In this document: in pieces, positions 58,801 through 64,000 of the stretch
Numbering within the stretch: position 1 is the stretch's first letter
Layout of the letters: each line of letters starts with the position of its first letter
Origin: Penicillus capitatus
Taxonomy: Eukaryota; Plantae; Chlorophyta
Direction of reading: 5' to 3'
NCBI GenBank assembly: GCA_965649825.1
Contig: OZ287705.1
Span: 310,001-374,000, forward strand
Length of the DNA: 64,000 bases
Position numbers and translations under genes: made by a program
Notes under the pieces: model-generated
What the model saw: the letters and a program-made list of their open reading frames with translations, nothing else
Databases searched by the model: none
Told to the model about the DNA's origin: nothing

Positions 58801-59270
58801 TCACTCCGGCGAAGAACATCCATCATGAGTTCCGGTACGGCGACTGTCGAATGATGAGCGTGATATCTCTTTGCCGTGGATATAAATCTTGAGTGGATCT
58901 GACGCGTGACACGAGTACAAGAGCACAAGACCATTTTTTCTGCGATCAAATAGATCCCCATATGAAAGATTTGATGACACGCAATGAAACACCTGCTGTT
59001 GCAAGTTCACTCTCCTGATCGGTGGGTGGACTCTTCCATGTATTGTGTACACACTTTCTTGAAAGCTGTCCCATGCACAGTAGATGTTATTGTTCAGCAA
59101 GCTCAGTCTATGAAGCTTGTTTGATTGAAAGTCGATACCTGTTGTCGTTGAGAAGCACGTTGCTCTGTTTAAGCCTTTGCATCTGAAATTGAGGCGTTTG
59201 GCAATGCACTGCCTCGTTCCAACCTTGCCACGCCGATATCCTTCTTCAACGGGGGCAGAACGAAATTAAC
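58801..59270 (-). CDS. Hypothetical protein, 3' exon (duplication copy 1)
   Basis: Open frame of ~150 codons ending CSSPE*. The paralogue at 62105-62589 ends at the same position (CGSSQE*). Confidence 0.4.
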
Positions 59271-60734
59271 GATAGAATGAGGTGTGGTCTTCTTTGTAAA
59301 CAAAAAGATTTCATAGCTGCTGCAAATGACAACGCTTAATTGGTACGCACCTCTATAGCCTCATCTACCTCGGCACTTCAGTTCTCTCTCTTGCGGATCA
59401 TCTTGCCGAAGGAAACGATTTCTGCAAAGTGTGAGATCTCTTGATGCAGAACAACCAGATTCGAGACGTGTATTGCTCATAGCGTTTACAGGACAGACAG
59501 ATATGACAGCTTATGACATTTGCAAGGTTTTCGTTTAATAATTGAGTTGTGCATCTAGGCCCTGATAGTAATCACAAACTGACCAAACCAAAACACAGAA
59601 AATCGCGGTTGCTAAATAGCATGAATGCGATGTCGTTCATAGACAATCATGGGAATGGCGGAGAACATACATGCATTGGGATTCATATGCACGCACGAAT
59701 CCACAGCGCCTAGAGCTAGTATCCAACGTGTCGATCGCACATTCACTGCCTCGTCGTCGTTCATGGACAGTAAAGCTATAAGCAGAACGGATCCTGCTTC
59801 AAACTAGATCAAACATGGTGGAAAGAAAAACAAGGAGGAGGATCGTGTTAGCAAGTGTCGTGTATCTTTGTTGTTACCGTTCAGACACTGCCAGTGAACC
59901 CTAACCGCTGAACGAGGTGTTCGATCGCACTGCCCCTGTCATTCCTTGCCGATGTTGCCAGTCCTCCTGTCTCAGATCCCGGCCACATCTTCTCATTCAT
60001 GACAAGCTATGTGTTCAAGGAGTCAAATAGACAGATCAGCTAACGCAGAGACAACAGAAGGTTTCCTTTCTCGGCATTCAACACAGACGCATACGTTGCT
60101 CTGCAGTTGGCACTTGATGTTTGGAGCTCATGACCTGCCATGAATCAGATCGCCGAGAGGTAAGCTGAAACCGTGACCATTCAAACCCCGTTTCAGCGAT
60201 TTTCAATAGCAGCCGGATCGACGTCTGGCGGCCTCTCTGAGATGCGCGTGTCACATCGGTGTAAAGCGTCCACGACCTTCAGCGCAACACGTTTGTTTTT
60301 CTTTCAGAGCTGATAGCTTCGGAAGTACGCTCTGTTCACAAAGCGCCGTACTAAAGAGATATGCAGAATGCCGTCGACATCTCTTCTGGCGTTTTCTTAC
60401 TGTGTCGGAACGGCGTCTGTTCTCGACTGTAACAAACGCCTGTTCAGCATCACCTTCACCCATAGTAAGAAGAATAGCTGATGGATGAGCTGTTCTTTAC
60501 GTAATTTTTCCCTGCCGTATATATTGCGTAGAAACGCATTGTCAAAGCACAAAACGACTAAGCGCTCAAGTTTCCGACAAGTAATTTCAGTGTTGTGTGT
60601 CAAGCGTCACGGCAGTGACAAACTCTGTCTAGAATCGCCGACTGTTACCATGCACCATCTTCGCAACAACGTTCGTTGTTTCTCGGGATGTCTGCATTTT
60701 CGTCGCTCGACGTCATCCCCACACCGTTTGCCAT

Positions 60735-61965
60735 TTGAATACGTCCGCCCTTCGTCTAGCTGCGTTTTGTTATGCAGAAGACGACAGCAGTTCCCCGGAC
60801 GTATCAGCAGACGCGGAGGCACAGCACCACGACGGTTCAAGAAGTCAGGCAGACGATGAACGCGGAAGTCTTATGAGTGTTACCGAATCGGCAACGTCAG
60901 GCACTTCGCAAAGTGTTGGAAGAAGAAGTCGCCCTTCCGAACACGACAGTCCATTGACGACCGAAGCTCTGACGGGCGATACCTCTGCCGCCAACAGCGA
61001 TGCGCAGAACGCCGCTTCGACGTTTGCTGAAGGCAGTGCGTTCGAGCACGCCTCTCAACTTCACACTTCGTGGTTTGTCTCTTCTAGCTCATGGACATGA
61101 CAACGAATGGGACACGGTCCAGTCACATCGCCAGGGAAATACAGTACGATTCCAGACGTCATCGATGCCGCTAACACAAGTGCCTGATTAGATTTCTTCT
61201 GGCGGAGGATCGTCGGGAGGAAGTCACATCCCTCAGAGGATCGTGGAGAGATTTGTCGAGATCGTTCTCTGTCTTGCTGTAGAGCTCTTCACGAAAGATA
61301 GCAACCAGGAGGATGACTTCTGGAAGAGAGCTTCACGAAAGGCGAACTCGTGGCCAGAGAGAAGCGCACCCGGTGTCTACGTCTATGACATGAATATCGG
61401 CGAAACCGGAAGACTCGTCGTGAATTGCCGCATAAAAGGGTGTCGTGCGCCCGGCGGCTGTCAGATACCAGAATGCTGCAACATTCCATTGAGGGCCAAA
61501 GGCGTGGCAGTCAAGGTCGATGGGCATCCTTGGCACGATCTACAGGAGTTCAAACAAGGCTTGAACACGGAGAATCCGCGGGAGATCGTGGCGCATCTGA
61601 CCGAAGACGCTTTCAGAGTCGACGCCATGCAGGAGGCATCTCGCAGACATGGAGATACTCTGTCGAATAAGTACGTCCGCATCGGCGTCAAGGTTATCTT
61701 CGATGTCGAGAATGCGCCACATATCAAGAAAGAGACAGAGACGGAGATGTACTGCAGAGTCTGCTACGGGAGTGTCCAAAGATTCGTCGGACAGACAATC
61801 GCAGGACTGCACGCTCGCATGCCACAGTTCGCGAGAGACATGACCACATATCTCGAGCACGCGACGCTTGGCGTTTGGAGCATCCCGCGTAGAGTGCTAG
61901 TCTGGCGTCCCCGAAGGAGGAGTGCTGGTGGGCGCACGCGGAGGAGTGATCGCACCCACAGCTAG
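60735..61965 (+). CDS. Stand-alone recurrent-domain gene, duplication copy 2 (possibly frameshifted in exon 1)
   Basis: ORF 61243-61965 reads LFTKDSNQEDDF..CQIPECCNIP..KYVRIGV..MYCRV. There is a 2-nt deletion relative to copy 1 near 61070-61084. Confidence 0.65.
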
Positions 61966-62104
61966 ACTTCAGTGTGAGACCATCCCATCCAATAGCTCAC
62001 TCTTTATCCGCCAAAGTGTGACCCGAAACGCCATGGGACCCTTCGGGCTAGCACTCCAGTCTGTCATGCAGAGTGATAACTGCATGGTGTTTCCGATAGC
62101 TGTG

Positions 62105-62589
62105 TCACTCCTGGGAAGAACCACATGAGTTCTGTTTTCTCACGGCGACTTTCGAAAGCTGATCGCGATATCTCGTTGACGTGGGATTGAATGACTTGAG
62201 TGTATCTAACTCGCGATTCGTGTACAGTACCCCTTTTCTGCGATCAGATAGATCTCCGTATTGCAAGATTTTATTACACGTGCAATGAAACATCTTTTGT
62301 CGAAAACGCAAATTCACGTCCAATCTGCGAATCGGTGACCTCTTTCATGTATATTGTCTATACGCTTTAGTATCCTGGCAACTGTTCTGTGTACAGAAGA
62401 TGTCCCGTTCAGCAAGCCCATTCTATAAACCTTGTTTGATTTATTTCGGCTCGTCATGTCGAATCCGACTCTTCTGTCTAAGTCTTTACGTGTAAAATTG
62501 AAGTGTTTGGCAATGCGCTGCCATTTTACAACGTCGCCATCTCGACATCCTTCTTCGATGAGATGCAGATCGAAACCAATGAAGGACAC
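62105..62589 (-). CDS. Hypothetical protein paralogous to 58801-59270 (split between two frames)
   Basis: Shared peptides EEG.R.G.V...Q.IAK..NF, LLN, FHC and YGDL.DRRK. Confidence 0.35.
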
Positions 62590-63338
62590 AGGTGTGATCT
62601 TCTTCAGTAAGGAAGAGATTTCATAACCACGCCAAATGACAGTGCTCGATTGGCACGCACCTTTATGGTGGGTGGCATCTACCTCGGCGCTTTAGTTCTC
62701 TCTCGCAGATCGTGGCGCTGAACAGCAGGATTTCTGCATAGTGTGAGATCTCTCGGTGCAAAAGGACCAGATTCGAGACGCGTGTTGCTCATAACCCTCA
62801 AATCACTTACAGGACGCACAGACATGACAGTAAATCGCGTTTCCAAAATTCTCGTTCGAGAATAAGTGAGTTGTGTGGCCAAAACAGCAATCAAAAGCTT
62901 ACAAATCAAAACGCAGAAAATGATGCTTCCCAAATAGTATAAATCAGATGCTCTTCATAGACAATGATGGAAATGACAGAGAAGACCTAAACATTCGAAT
63001 TCATATTCGAGCACGAATCCACAGCGCCTAGAATTTGATGTTCAAAATACTGATCGCACATTCACTGTCTTATTGTTCATGGACAGTGAAGTTATAAACA
63101 GAAAACAGAAGCAGCTCCACACGGGAACTGATATGCAGGAAAGAAAAACAAGGAGGAGGATCGTGTCTGCAAGTGTCGTGTATCTTTGTTGTTACCGTTC
63201 AGACACTGCCAATGAACCCTAACCGCTGAAAGAGGTGTTCGAACGCATTACCCCTGTCATTCCTTGCCGATGTTGCCCGTCCTTCTGTCTCAGATCCCAC
63301 TCACATCGATTCCTGCAGCTCTCTGCGGCAAATACTCC

Positions 63339-64000
63339 TCAGTCCGACTCGAACGGTCGACGCGCGATGCCCTTGTTCATCACCATCTTCAGTAGGTTCT
63401 GCAGTCTGAGCTTGTTCTTTGGATCGACCACTTGGCAGTAGATGTTCTGAATCAGATCGACTTCTCTGTCGATGCTGCCCCCGATCGCAACCTTGACCAG
63501 CAGTTGTACATTCACGTACTTCTCTTCGATCGTACCCATCTGCGGAGACTTCTTCTCGAGCCTTCGCGAATTCAGTTGCTTGGATCCGAACAGTGTCAAG
63601 GCCACGGCTGCGTCGTCCTTGTAGTGCTGCTCGATGTTGAGAGGAATGGACTCGCCGTCCTGTGGCCTGGCAACGACAGAGACGATTCTGCGGACCGTCA
63701 AGCCGCTTTCGTCTGTCGGCGTGATGCGAATGCGAAGGCGACAGGTACTCCCGAGTTTGAAGAAGTAGACTGGATGATCCAGCAGATACTCGTCACGGAA
63801 CGCCCATGCTCTCTCTCCCGTCCTCAGGAACAGTGGCAAGTCCGATGGCGTGTCTTCGGGTAGATACTCCAGATCGACGAAGAGATCCAGGTGGTGGTTC
63901 AGTGCGACCATCGAGATGAGTTGACGCGTCCCGGCTAGATGATCTGGCTGTGCCGTCGCGTCCGTCTCCTTTGTTCACAGATGCAGCTTTCGGAAGATGC
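63339..64000 (-). CDS. 3' part of a gene encoding the recurrent domain; continues beyond the window
   Basis: Motifs PVYFFKLG..RLRIR, SVVARP, KSPQMGTIEEKYVNV and IYCQV. Confidence 0.8.

Larger units (their letters stand above)
56820..63290. repeat. Diverged ~3.3-kb tandem segmental duplication (~56820-59960 and ~60250-63290)
   Basis: Collinear similarity across coding and non-coding DNA, e.g. cagctagacttc.gtgtgagaccatc, gcacgaatccacagcgcctaga and gtgtcgtgtatctttgttgttaccgttcagacactgcc. Confidence 0.9.

Overview
Compact eukaryotic genomic DNA with ~45-60 nt GT-AG introns; the gene content suggests an alga, which is inference only. The six-frame ORFs therefore mostly show single exons. Host genes: five predicted pseudokinases, each fused to one uncharacterised ~170-aa C-terminal domain; five further copies of that domain without a visible kinase; a 5-kb beta-helix/Cys-rich/multi-TM surface protein; a multi-MATH protein ending in tandem MDM2-like RINGs; a small secreted protein; and a ~3.3-kb tandem duplication. 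Two mobile loci stand out. (1) 12977-22415: an intact Ty3/Gypsy element with identical 627-bp LTRs is joined through a single base to a miniature non-autonomous LTR element (TRIM, identical 289-bp LTRs). One 5-bp TSD (GTTTC) encloses both. The Gypsy has a polytopic-membrane 'Gag', a -1 frameshift, and an extra ORF with a membrane-anchored protease paralogue. It has no polypurine tract; both elements instead share a CCA-ending motif at that position and a box complementary to the tRNA-iMet D-arm. (2) 32920-35230: an apparently non-coding 2.3-kb insertion with TG..CA ends, 13-bp TIRs and a TSD. Each end is an outward-facing type I hammerhead ribozyme, one per strand, predicted to cut 10 nt inside the boundary, and a divergent promoter-like region lies in the centre.
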